A stretch of DNA of 64,000 nt from an uncultured Candidatus Peribacteria bacterium (lineage in GTDB: Bacteria > Patescibacteriota > Gracilibacteria > GCA-2401425): positions 371 to 64,370 of the forward strand of contig CAYXLW010000003.1 in NCBI GenBank assembly GCA_964466055.1, in the 5' to 3' direction. Made by a program: the position numbers and the translations under genes. This document shows, piece by piece, positions 9,812-19,530 of the stretch. Position 1 is the first letter of the stretch; the number at the start of each line of letters is the position of its first letter. The notes beneath the pieces are model-generated. The model was not told where the DNA came from, did not search any database, and saw only the letters and a list, made by a program, of their open reading frames with translations.

Positions 9812-9890
9812 AGAGGTTTAACCTTAAATGAGAAATAAAAACAAACACATGCTTATCTTAAAAGAGAAGTTACATAGAAGGTTAAACCTC
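9812..9890 (+). mobile_element. MITE-like element, copy A (~79 bp, terminal inverted repeats AGAGGTTTAACCTT / AAGGTTAAACCTC)
   Basis: Aligns along its whole length with 40455..40535 (same orientation) and 33317..33396 (reverse orientation). Confidence 0.8.
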
Positions 9891-9923
9891 GTTAAGTAAT
9901 TTTTTCAATTTAACGCTTTTCTT

Positions 9924-10097
9924 ATGAAAAATAAAATAAAAGAAGTTTTTTGGTCTAAATTTGGACAAGCAATTTTCTACTTTGTTTTAGGAGTTTTAGT
10001 TGCACTACTTTTCACTAAAACGGTTTTTTCTCCAAACGATGAAAATGTTCAATTAAATGTTCCAGCTGATCCTGTAAGTGAGAGCAAAGGATTTTAA
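9924..10097 (+). CDS. small single-TM protein (57 aa), hypothetical
   Basis: ATG ORF below the ORF-track cutoff: MKNKIKEVFWSKFGQAIFYFVLGVLVALLF..., one hydrophobic helix. Confidence 0.35.
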   Translation: MKNKIKEVFWSKFGQAIFYFVLGVLVALLFTKTVFSPNDENVQLNVPADPVSESKGF

Positions 10098-10196
10098 TAA
10101 GTTTTCTTTGAGATTTTTTGTGTTTCTCAGTACAATAAATTAGGTGAATAGGAGAAGAGGCGAGAAGAAGAAAATTTAGATTTTCCTTCCGTGGAC

Positions 10197-10228
10197 TAAT
10201 CCCCTAATCCCCTAATCCCCTAATCCCC
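10197..10228. repeat. tandem octamer (TAATCCCC)x4
   Basis: Read directly. Lies immediately 5' of the ftsK GTG start. A 12-nt copy in reverse orientation is at 4415..4426. Confidence 0.95.
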
Positions 10229-10234
10229 TAACTT

Positions 10235-12448
10235 GTGGTCATTCAATCTCAGAAACATCGATCAAAAAATCTAAGGATTCAAAGAAAGGTGAAATTCGAA
10301 GTAGATATTGCTCCTAACGTTTCTCGTGAAGTGTGGGGGATTTTTTATGCAGTACTTGCTACTATTTTCCTTTTTGGACTTTTTGGTGGAGCAGGAATGA
10401 TTGGAGAAAAAATTGAAATTATATTTTCTTCGCTTTTTGGAATAGGAAGATGGCTTATCCCTACAATGTTTTTGTTTCTATCTATAGCTTTATTTTTTGC
10501 AAAAGAAATTAAATTTAATTTTACAAGAAACCTAGGAATTTTCCTTTTATTATTTTCTCTATTAGGACTGATTCATTTACAAACACCCATTGAAGCAATG
10601 GATGAAAACGTTAAAGAGTATGGTGGATGGATAGGATTTACATCTTCAGTTCTTTTTAGAATTTTATTCTCATCAGAAACAAGTGATCTAGCAACAGGCT
10701 TAATTCTATTTGGAATTCTTTTAATATCACTTCTTATTACGTTTCAAATTTCGTTTAGAGAGATATGGACGTATTTTCATCCTGAAACATCTGTAACTCA
10801 TATAAAATCAAAAAAAGATCAAAATGATGATTTTGATGTAGAGGAAGGAGAAATTAGAATTATAAAACCAATTCCGTCAGAAGAAATTGATGACGATATG
10901 CAAAAAAAATTAAAAAGAGGACGGGCTATTCATTTTTCAGATGATGATAAAAATCTTAAAATTCAAAGACCCCTTAAAAAAGACTCTCTTGAAATTACTA
11001 ATATCCAAGTTTCGGGAGATTGGAAATTCCCAGGACTTGATTTACTTGTTGATGAGATTTCCGAAAATTACCCAGATGACAAACATCTCAAAGCTCAAGC
11101 TGCTAATATAAAAGAAAAATTGGCGGAATTTGGAATAAAAGTAGAAATGGTAGATGCAAGAGTAGGTCCCACTGTTACACAATTTACAATGTCTCCTCAA
11201 GAAGGAATTGCTGTTAAAAAAATAACTAGTGCAAAGCATGATCTAGCTTTGGCTTTGTCTGCAAAATCAATTCGTATAGAAGCTCCAATTCCAGGACAAC
11301 CTTATGTAGGAATAGAGATTCCAAATGCAAAGCGATCAATGGTTTATATGAGAGAATTACTAGAATCTGAAGAATTTTCCGAGTTACACTCAAGCCTAAG
11401 GCTAGGTCTAGGAAAAGATGTTTCAGGGAAACCTGTTATCACAGATCTTTCTAAGATGCCTCACTTGCTTATTGCTGGAGCAACAGGCTCTGGTAAGTCT
11501 GTTGGAATGAATTCTTTTCTTATTTCACTTTTATATCAAAATTCTCCTGCAGATTTAAAATTTATAATGATTGATCCTAAGCGAGTTGAGCTTACTGGGT
11601 ACAATGGAATTCCACATCTTTTAACTCCTGTAATAAATGATGCAGATAAGGCATTAGCAGCTCTAAAATGGGCTATTTCTGAAATGATGAGAAGATATCA
11701 AGAATGTAGTGAAAAGGGATATAGAAATATTGATGAATATAATGACGAAGAAGAACAAAAAATGCCAAAAATAGTGATAGTAATTGATGAGCTTGCAGAT
11801 TTAATGATGAGAGATTTTAGAAAAGACACAGAATCTGCAATTATGAGGCTTGCACAAATGGCTCGTGCAGTTGGAATTCATCTTATTATTGCAACACAAA
11901 GACCTTCGGTTGATGTTATTACTGGAGTTATTAAAGCTAATATTCCAACACGTATTGCTTTTTCTGTAATGTCGGCAGTTGATTCACGAACTATTTTAGA
12001 CAGTATTGGAGCTGAAGATCTTCTTGGAATGGGGGATATGCTTTATGTTGATGCTAATACTCCAAAACCTCTTCGTATCCAAGGGATATTTATTTCATCA
12101 AAAGAAATTGAGCGAGTTACTAATCATGTGAAGCTCACACCAGAACCTAAAAATATAACGAGGATTGATCTAAATGTTATTGATGAATCTAAGCATTCAG
12201 GAGTTTCTCCTATTGATTTAGATGCAATTGCTGAAGCTACAAATGAGGATGATCTTATTCCTGAAGCGATTGAAATTATACAAAGAACAGGAAAAGCCTC
12301 AGCAACTTTACTACAACGTATGCTTTCTATTGGATATGCTCGTGCGGCAAAGATTTTAGATATTTTAGAAAAAAAAGGAATTGTTGGTCCTGCCAATGGG
12401 GCTAAGCCTAGAGATATATTTTTAGAAGGCGGAGAAGTTGATAATTAA
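10235..12448 (+). CDS. ftsK: DNA translocase FtsK/SpoIIIE
   Basis: N-terminal TM helices, Walker A GATGSGKSV, Walker B IVIVIDELADLMM, and a C-terminal gamma winged-helix (LLQRMLSIGYARAAKILDILEKKGIVGP). GTG start as given by the track. Confidence 0.95.
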   Translation: MVIQSQKHRSKNLRIQRKVKFEVDIAPNVSREVWGIFYAVLATIFLFGLFGGAGMIGEKIEIIFSSLFGIGRWLIPTMFLFLSIALFFAKEIKFNFTRNLGIFLLLFSLLGLIHLQTPIEAMDENVKEYGGWIGFTSSVLFRILFSSETSDLATGLILFGILLISLLITFQISFREIWTYFHPETSVTHIKSKKDQNDDFDVEEGEIRIIKPIPSEEIDDDMQKKLKRGRAIHFSDDDKNLKIQRPLKKDSLEITNIQVSGDWKFPGLDLLVDEISENYPDDKHLKAQAANIKEKLAEFGIKVEMVDARVGPTVTQFTMSPQEGIAVKKITSAKHDLALALSAKSIRIEAPIPGQPYVGIEIPNAKRSMVYMRELLESEEFSELHSSLRLGLGKDVSGKPVITDLSKMPHLLIAGATGSGKSVGMNSFLISLLYQNSPADLKFIMIDPKRVELTGYNGIPHLLTPVINDADKALAALKWAISEMMRRYQECSEKGYRNIDEYNDEEEQKMPKIVIVIDELADLMMRDFRKDTESAIMRLAQMARAVGIHLIIATQRPSVDVITGVIKANIPTRIAFSVMSAVDSRTILDSIGAEDLLGMGDMLYVDANTPKPLRIQGIFISSKEIERVTNHVKLTPEPKNITRIDLNVIDESKHSGVSPIDLDAIAEATNEDDLIPEAIEIIQRTGKASATLLQRMLSIGYARAAKILDILEKKGIVGPANGAKPRDIFLEGGEVDN

Positions 12449-12465
12449 AAAAGATACAAAAAAAA

Positions 12466-12487
12466 CTCGGGCTAGCCGAGATTTTTT
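12466..12487 (+). terminator. rho-independent terminator after ftsK
   Basis: CTCGG-GCTAG-CCGAG hairpin followed by a T run. Confidence 0.55.
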
Positions 12488-12528
12488 AAATAAAAGTAAA
12501 ATAAAAAAAACAAGAGTTAAAATTACAA

Positions 12529-13512
12529 CTAATCCACGTCTAACTCCATCACGGGGCGCAAACGGGCATTATTGTACCGATAAAGATAATGATACCCCCT
12601 CAAGTAAATCTGACAAAGATTATAAATACTCCAATTAGCACCAGCAACCCATTTATTATGAATAGGCTCTCCATTACACATTGTCAATGTCTTATCTTTT
12701 CCCCATAAATCATCAACAGGTCTTGGTGGATTTTTAGATAACCCTTGCATTTGTAATAATATGTTTTGTTTTAATGTCATTCCTTTAACTCCTTTTGGAG
12801 CATAGTCCGTTTCAAACCATTTAAATCTTTCTTCAAGTGTATCATTAACATTTTCACCTTTTAATACCTTAGGAGAATTTGCCCCCTCACATATTACTAC
12901 TTTCCAGCCTGTTATTTTTTCAGTTGCACTATCTCTTTGATCAGCTCTTTGTAAGGCTTTTTTCTGCCAATTATCTAAAAAAGCATCATCTTGATCTTTC
13001 ATTGGCTTCAAACTGTTCAATGATTGTATATATCTATCACTTGATGTAACAGGACATAAAAGCATTACAGGATTCTCGAAGGCACTTATTACCTCTAGTT
13101 GTTCTAGTGTAAGTTTCTTAATTAATGTATTTTTTACAGTTTCCATGCTAGGACATTTTTTATCTTCTCTTTCATCTGCTTTTTCTTCATCATATAAACC
13201 AAAATTTTTTATACTTTGAAATGCTGGTTCATATTTACCTTCTAACAATTTTAACACTTCTATTTTTTCTTTCTCTGGTTTTGAATCTCTGCTGCTAGAT
13301 TGATGTTCATTTGAATTCCCTTTCAAAGAATCTATTAATTCTCTAATATTTTGTCTCATTTCTTCTAGTGGTTTTCTATCAAAATCTTTATCTAAATCAA
13401 GTCCTAATTTTCCCATTTTAATAACTACTTCAAGAGTTGTAGCATCTTTTATTTTTAAAATCTCAGTCAATCCTTTTATGAGAATATCGTTTCCTTTATT
13501 AACTTCTGCCAT
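12529..13512 (-). CDS. hypothetical protein (327 aa)
   Basis: Long ORF with no recognisable motif. Confidence 0.5.
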   Translation of the reverse strand: MAEVNKGNDILIKGLTEILKIKDATTLEVVIKMGKLGLDLDKDFDRKPLEEMRQNIRELIDSLKGNSNEHQSSSRDSKPEKEKIEVLKLLEGKYEPAFQSIKNFGLYDEEKADEREDKKCPSMETVKNTLIKKLTLEQLEVISAFENPVMLLCPVTSSDRYIQSLNSLKPMKDQDDAFLDNWQKKALQRADQRDSATEKITGWKVVICEGANSPKVLKGENVNDTLEERFKWFETDYAPKGVKGMTLKQNILLQMQGLSKNPPRPVDDLWGKDKTLTMCNGEPIHNKWVAGANWSIYNLCQIYLRGYHYLYRYNNARLRPVMELDVD

Positions 13513-13738
13513 GATAATTTTTATTAAGAGGGATAAATTTAGGTTAAAATTTAAACATATAAAAATTTATATGTCAATAGTTTTTTGACAAATTCTTTAA
13601 AAGCTTTTTTTATAAAGATTATTATTTAATAAATATAGTCTTATATAGCCATATTTATTTTAAAACAAATATAATTTTTACATTTCCCATACACACATAA
13701 TTGTTTAATACTTTTTAGTTAAATAAAAAGTATTTTCA

Positions 13739-16700
13739 ATGAATAAAATATATTATATTTCAATACTATTTTTATTATTAATATTTGGAATACTTAGCAT
13801 TTACGCACAAATATCAGATCATCTTCTAATTTCAGAGGTAATATATGGAAATACAAATGCAGATGATGAATTTGTAGAAATTTATAATCCCACAGATCAA
13901 GAAATAAATTTAAAAGAATTAGGGCTAACTCTTCATATTAGAAATTCCACAGGAACATCAGATTCAAACAAGACAATTACTTGGACAAACGAAATAATTC
14001 CAGCCTATGGATTTTTTCTTTTTGTATCACAAAATAGCCAATCATTTTTAAATCTTGCAGATGCAACTTATAGTCCATCACTTGTAAATAACGGAGCTGT
14101 TTATATCTCTTTTTCAAATAATAAATTAGATAATGTTATAGATTTCATTTCATGGGGAAATCATGTCATGCCAGAGGGGTTTGAAAATCAAAGAACAGAA
14201 TCTTTTTCATCAAAACAAAGCATTGAAAGAAAGAGTAATGAAAATGGAGTTGATATAAACTTGGGGAATGCTTGGGATACAGATAGCAATGATTTTATTA
14301 TTAAACAAACTGCAAATCCGCAAAATAGTTCCAGTGCTCCAGAATTTCATACAAACGAAGAACCTGAAGAAATTGATACTATTCCTCCGAGTCCTATCTC
14401 TTATCTACAAGCTAATGCTGGGATTACTAGTATTTTTTTTTCTTGGGTAAGCCCTACTGATGAAGATTTTTCTGAAATTTTGTTTAAAAAGGGAAACGAT
14501 GAAAGCATTTCAATTGGAAAGGTTTCTTCATATTTAATTTCTGATTTAGAAGCAAGCACCGAATATATTTTTTCTTTTTATTCAAAAGATTTAACGGGGA
14601 ATGTTTCTGATCCAATAACTATCACAATTACCACTTTAGAAATTCCTGAGATTTTACCGCCTGAACCAATTAAAAATTTAACAGCAACAAACATTACAAC
14701 TAATTCAATTTCTTTTTCTTGGGAAAATCCTATTAATGAAAATTTTTCTGAAATTTTAGCAAAAATTGATAATGGTGATTTATTTTCCCTAAATAAAGAA
14801 ACAAATATATATTTTCTTGAAAATTTAAATGATAACACAGTCTACGATTTCACATTGTATGCAAAAGATACTAATGAAAACTTGTCGGAACCAATCAGCA
14901 TAAGTATTAAAACTCTTGAAATTGTAATTTTGGATGATGTACCTCCTGCTGAAATAAGTGATTTTTTTGGCACTCAAAAAACTTTTAGCATAAGTGTTTT
15001 CTGGCAAAATCCTATGGATGAAGATTTTAGTAATATTCTTTTTTCTTATGCAAAAAATGGCGATAGTTTCGGTGAAGTAAAAAATTTAGGAAAACTAACA
15101 AATTTTACAGTTGATGATTTGCTTCCTTCGAATTCTTATCAAGTTAAAATACAAACTCAGGATTTACTGGGAAATACTTCAAATGGACTAATTTCAACTT
15201 TTTCCACTCTAGCTTGCAATTCTAATAATTCAGTGATTATAAACGAAATTGCTTGGGCTGGAATGACTGTACTTGCAGAAGAAGATCAGGTTTTATCATA
15301 TGGTCATGAGTATCAATGGATTGAGCTTTTTAATAAAGGAAATGAGGAAATTGATCTTGAAGGATGGGAGATTACAACAGACCAAGGGCATGAAATATTG
15401 TTGGATTCTCTTATTATTCCAGCTAATGAATATTTAATTTTACAAAATAGTGAGCAGGAAATTTTTGCTGATGAAACAATAATCCCAGATTTGATATATG
15501 AAGATCCTAAAGACAATGAAAATAAAAGTATTCTATTTTCTTCAGAAACAACAAATATCAAACTTATAGATCAATGTAGAATGACAGTTGAAAATATTCC
15601 TTCAATATTTGCTGGGAATTATTCGGGTTATCAATCGATGGCTCGTTTATCAGTTAATTCAAACTCTAGTCTTGCGGATTCATGGTTTAATGAAAAAATT
15701 AATGGTAGCCCAGCAACAGAAAATATTTTTTACAAAACAAATTTATCAATAGCTTATCTTAACCCAAGTCCGTATTATCCAACACCAAATCAACCATTTG
15801 TTATTGAAGCAACTGTGGCAAATTTATCAAAAGAACCTGCTTATTACGGCAATTGGAGTATTCAGATATTAAATGAAAATGAGGAAATATTAGGACAAAG
15901 TTTAGGGGTATTGCTTGAGAATTATGCTGATAATACTGTTATCCCCATTGAAATTTTTGCACTTGAAGAAGGAGAATATGATATTATGGGGCAAATTATT
16001 TGTGCTACAAATAATTGTGGAAAATACTCTACTTTAAATCAGCGAATAAATATCAAAATTTCTTCTCGGATAAACGAAGTTTATCCTAGTCCTAGAGATG
16101 AAGAACTTGAGTGGATTGAATTTTACAATCCATCAGAAGTAGAGTTTGAATCTACAAATTCTCAACTTTGTATTGATGATGAATGTATAGTGCTTCTGGA
16201 AAATATTCCAGCTCAAACTTATTATGTAATAAATGAGAATGAAACAGAAAAATTTGACGGAGAATGGATCGTTTTAAAAAACACATCTTCTGAGATTAAG
16301 TGGAAGAAAGAAGAATGGATATACAATGAAGAGTTTGATGAAGATTGGGATGATCCTGAAGATGAGTTTATTTTTCAGGAGGAAATTTTTGATATTTTTA
16401 GATATGAAGGGGCTTCTATCGGTCAATCTTTTTCACGGGACACTAATGGAAACATTGAAAAATCATCACACATTACCAAGGAAAAAGATAATACTTTTAA
16501 CCAAGCTCCTGTTGCGGTTATAAATATTCAAGGCTCAGGAAATAGCTCTGGGACTGCACCATTTTCTCTTAATGTAACAGGTGAAGATTCTTATGATGCT
16601 GATGGTGATAATTTATCTTTCTATTGGGATTTTGGTAATGGCAAAACTGATTTATCTGAAAATCCACTAAGCATAAAATATGAAAGCGTTGGAAGATATT

Positions 16701-18574
16701 ATCTAAAATTACAAGTAAGTGATACATTTGGTGGCATATCTAGAGATGTAAAAACAATAGATGTTTATCAAGCTTCTCAAAGTATAAGCTCAGATAGTGA
16801 GGTATCAGTATCTATGTCAAATATAAGTAAAGTTGATTTAGAAAACATAAAAAGCATAAATGACAATTTTGCAAATATTCTTTTTACAAAAATTTCTATA
16901 AATGACAAAGACAATGATTGGATTGAAATAAGCTGTAAAACCTGTGGAGAAAAAATTAATTTAAATGGATATAAATTATATGATGACAAAGTTTTTTTTA
17001 TTTTTGCTCAAGACATTTTTATTTCTTCTGAAAACCCAATAATAATAAAATTGTTAGACTCTGAAATCCCAAACGATAAAGAAAATATTATTAATGTTGA
17101 AAAGAAATCTGGGCTTACGAAAACAGATGATCAACTTATTTTAATCAATAACAAGGAAGAAATTGTTGATGCTATTTGTTGGAACAATTTTGATGACACT
17201 TTTGCAAAAACGGAAATTGAAGATGAACAAAACCTAAAAGATTCTGGAGCTTGGAAAGGTGAATGCGTGGATTCAAAGTCTCTTACAAAGAAAGGAATAA
17301 TTCTTTTTCGAGATATTATTGATAATGATACAAATACAAAAGAAGATTGGAGTATTTTAGAGAGCTTTGAGGATGATGTTTTATTAGAGGAAAATAAAGA
17401 GGAAAAAGAAATCAATCCTACAATTGAATTTAAAGATGGTTTGCGTATTTCTGAGCTTCTTATAAATCCTTATGGGGACGATAAGCAATTTGAATGGATT
17501 GAATTACAAAACACTTTAGATGAATCGATAAATATTAAGAATTGGTCATTAACTTTTAAGTCTAAAAATTTTGAATTTGAAGATAAAGAATTAAAGGCAA
17601 AAGAATTTTTAATAGTTTATGCAAAAGAGTCTAAACTTAATTTAAATAATAAGTCTGGCGTTCTTATTCTAAAAAATCCCAAAGAAGAAATAGTCGAAGA
17701 AGTTAAATACGATAAAGTTTTTGAAAGTGCCAGCTTTGCCAAAAACAAAATAAATGGCTTCGAATGGACAAGTATTAATACTCCCAAAAATGAAAATTTA
17801 ATTTTCCCTATTAAAAATGGAATTAAAGATTCTGATCATGATGGAATTTCTGATGAATTAGAAATACATCTTGGAACAGATCCATTTAAAAGAGATACAG
17901 ATGGAGACATGCTTCCTGATGGATTTGAAATTGAAAACGGATTAGATCCATTAATTTTTGATGAGGCAGGAAAGGAATCATTCCAAGACTACCTAAAAAG
18001 AAAAACAAGTTTTGCCGTTAAAACACCTAAAAAAGATGAGGACTTATTAAAAATCTCAGGAACAACATTACCTCTTGCTAAAGTAAAAATTAAAGTTCAT
18101 TCCAATCTTCATATTTATAAAACTGAGGCTGATAATAAAGGAAAATGGCAAAAATATATTACAAAATTAGAAAAAGGAGAACACTTATACCAAATTCAGG
18201 TTATAGATAAAAACGGAATTAGTTCTGATTTTTTAGAGTCTGTTAATTTCAACTTGGAGAATGATTATGAAATGACATTGAAGCAGAAAGAAGAGCTTTT
18301 TAGTAAAAAGAAGAAATCAACAAAAATTGTTAAAAAGAAGGGGATAGAATCAATATCAGATAAAAAGAAAGTTAATGCTTTTTTAATTGCTTCAAATTAT
18401 AAATCTATTTCTAAAAAAATTGATACTGAAATCAAGGAACATTCTAATTTGAAATATGATTATTCTAGTAAAAAAGCACAAAAAATGAACTTTAATGTTT
18501 ATTTATGGGGATCTATATTTCTAATTTTAGGAGGAATCTTTAGTAAGCAAAGAACGGAAGACATATCTGATTAA
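13739..18574 (+). CDS. giant cell-surface protein: signal peptide, about five lamin-tail (LTD) domains, three FN3-like repeats, a PKD domain, calcium-binding thrombospondin-type-3-like repeats, and a C-terminal TM anchor
   Basis: The signal is MNKIYYISILFLLLIFGILSIYA. LTD signatures are EFVEIYNP, YQWIELFNKG, LEWIEFYNP, DWIEISC and FEWIELQN. Repeats of ~93 aa (PPSPIS.., PPEPIK.., PPAEIS.. each followed by FSWxxPxxExFSxIL) span about 14384-15210. The PKD-like segment is DADGDNLSFYWDFGNGKT...LKLQVSDTFGG. Also DSDHDGISDELE..DTDGDMLPDGFE, and a terminal hydrophobic helix. Confidence 0.85.
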   Translation: MNKIYYISILFLLLIFGILSIYAQISDHLLISEVIYGNTNADDEFVEIYNPTDQEINLKELGLTLHIRNSTGTSDSNKTITWTNEIIPAYGFFLFVSQNSQSFLNLADATYSPSLVNNGAVYISFSNNKLDNVIDFISWGNHVMPEGFENQRTESFSSKQSIERKSNENGVDINLGNAWDTDSNDFIIKQTANPQNSSSAPEFHTNEEPEEIDTIPPSPISYLQANAGITSIFFSWVSPTDEDFSEILFKKGNDESISIGKVSSYLISDLEASTEYIFSFYSKDLTGNVSDPITITITTLEIPEILPPEPIKNLTATNITTNSISFSWENPINENFSEILAKIDNGDLFSLNKETNIYFLENLNDNTVYDFTLYAKDTNENLSEPISISIKTLEIVILDDVPPAEISDFFGTQKTFSISVFWQNPMDEDFSNILFSYAKNGDSFGEVKNLGKLTNFTVDDLLPSNSYQVKIQTQDLLGNTSNGLISTFSTLACNSNNSVIINEIAWAGMTVLAEEDQVLSYGHEYQWIELFNKGNEEIDLEGWEITTDQGHEILLDSLIIPANEYLILQNSEQEIFADETIIPDLIYEDPKDNENKSILFSSETTNIKLIDQCRMTVENIPSIFAGNYSGYQSMARLSVNSNSSLADSWFNEKINGSPATENIFYKTNLSIAYLNPSPYYPTPNQPFVIEATVANLSKEPAYYGNWSIQILNENEEILGQSLGVLLENYADNTVIPIEIFALEEGEYDIMGQIICATNNCGKYSTLNQRINIKISSRINEVYPSPRDEELEWIEFYNPSEVEFESTNSQLCIDDECIVLLENIPAQTYYVINENETEKFDGEWIVLKNTSSEIKWKKEEWIYNEEFDEDWDDPEDEFIFQEEIFDIFRYEGASIGQSFSRDTNGNIEKSSHITKEKDNTFNQAPVAVINIQGSGNSSGTAPFSLNVTGEDSYDADGDNLSFYWDFGNGKTDLSENPLSIKYESVGRYYLKLQVSDTFGGISRDVKTIDVYQASQSISSDSEVSVSMSNISKVDLENIKSINDNFANILFTKISINDKDNDWIEISCKTCGEKINLNGYKLYDDKVFFIFAQDIFISSENPIIIKLLDSEIPNDKENIINVEKKSGLTKTDDQLILINNKEEIVDAICWNNFDDTFAKTEIEDEQNLKDSGAWKGECVDSKSLTKKGIILFRDIIDNDTNTKEDWSILESFEDDVLLEENKEEKEINPTIEFKDGLRISELLINPYGDDKQFEWIELQNTLDESINIKNWSLTFKSKNFEFEDKELKAKEFLIVYAKESKLNLNNKSGVLILKNPKEEIVEEVKYDKVFESASFAKNKINGFEWTSINTPKNENLIFPIKNGIKDSDHDGISDELEIHLGTDPFKRDTDGDMLPDGFEIENGLDPLIFDEAGKESFQDYLKRKTSFAVKTPKKDEDLLKISGTTLPLAKVKIKVHSNLHIYKTEADNKGKWQKYITKLEKGEHLYQIQVIDKNGISSDFLESVNFNLENDYEMTLKQKEELFSKKKKSTKIVKKKGIESISDKKKVNAFLIASNYKSISKKIDTEIKEHSNLKYDYSSKKAQKMNFNVYLWGSIFLILGGIFSKQRTEDISD

Positions 18575-18719
18575 ATGTGTATCATGAAATTTTTGAGATT
18601 ATAGCTTTTAATATTGATAAGATAAAAAACATTCCTTCATTTAAGTATGTTGAAAAAGCAAGGGTGGCAGAATAGTTTTTGTTAAGAACATGAAAAGAGA
18701 AAGGCACATTTCTCCTTGT

Positions 18720-18902
18720 TTAAAGTTCTTCGATGACTAGGTTGTAATTACCTTCTTTTAAAGCCTCGGATATCTTTATTATTATGCCTGTTATTGCTTT
18801 TTTATCGTCAAATCCATCAAAAAAGTCAATAGGGTCGTTTATCTTAGGGTTATCTATCTTTATTTCAAGGTGGTGGTATTTTTGTTCATTGTTGGTTTCC
18901 AT
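18720..18902 (-). CDS. hypothetical small protein (60 aa)
   Basis: ORF only. Co-oriented at the tail of the nrd gene string. Confidence 0.3.
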   Translation of the reverse strand: METNNEQKYHHLEIKIDNPKINDPIDFFDGFDDKKAITGIIIKISEALKEGNYNLVIEEL

Positions 18903-18963
18903 GTTTATAAAATGTTAATTGATATATATATAATTTTCAAAAAATCAAATTTAGTTCCTAATT

Positions 18964-19473
18964 TTAAGCCGCTTCAAGTAAATAAAGAATTATACTATTA
19001 AAAGTAGTTGTAGCAGTACAAATATTTTTACCATCTTGTATGGTAGCATAAAACTTATTAATATTTAGTTGTTTTGTTGGGTCTAATTTTATTATCATAA
19101 CATCATTTTCGAGAGAGCTTGGTTTATAGTTTTCTCCCAGATGATGACTACCATCCTGATCCTTCCTAGTTACTAAATAGCATTTATCAATCTCCGTTAT
19201 TTTACATTTATTGTCTGTTCCTGTATTTATAGTTTTTAATTTAAGTCCCATTTTTTGCATAACCTCAAGCACAGGAAGGTCTAATTCTAAAACGTCTTTT
19301 TCTTGAGACATTTTTTGTAATATTTCATCCCATTTACTTTTGTTTCCTCTTTTTACATCATTAAAACAACTAAGATGCTTTACTTGTAATCCTTCAATTT
19401 CAACATCAGGCAAGTTTCTGCTTGGAAGCATTTTAATATACCAAGGTTCCAGAGGAATTATTTCAACTTTCAT
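18964..19473 (-). CDS. hypothetical protein (169 aa)
   Basis: ORF directly downstream of nrdG. No motif recognised. Confidence 0.45.
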   Translation of the reverse strand: MKVEIIPLEPWYIKMLPSRNLPDVEIEGLQVKHLSCFNDVKRGNKSKWDEILQKMSQEKDVLELDLPVLEVMQKMGLKLKTINTGTDNKCKITEIDKCYLVTRKDQDGSHHLGENYKPSSLENDVMIIKLDPTKQLNINKFYATIQDGKNICTATTTFNSIILYLLEAA

Positions 19474-19530
19474 ATTAAAATGGTTAGGGGGTCAAAAAGT
19501 GGAAGCATTTTACAATTCTTATATATTTTG

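Noticed and set aside
10197-10228. Telomere-like appearance of the CCCCTAAT repeats
   Set aside because: There are only four units and they are internal to a gene-dense bacterial segment. The array is better described as a short tandem repeat.
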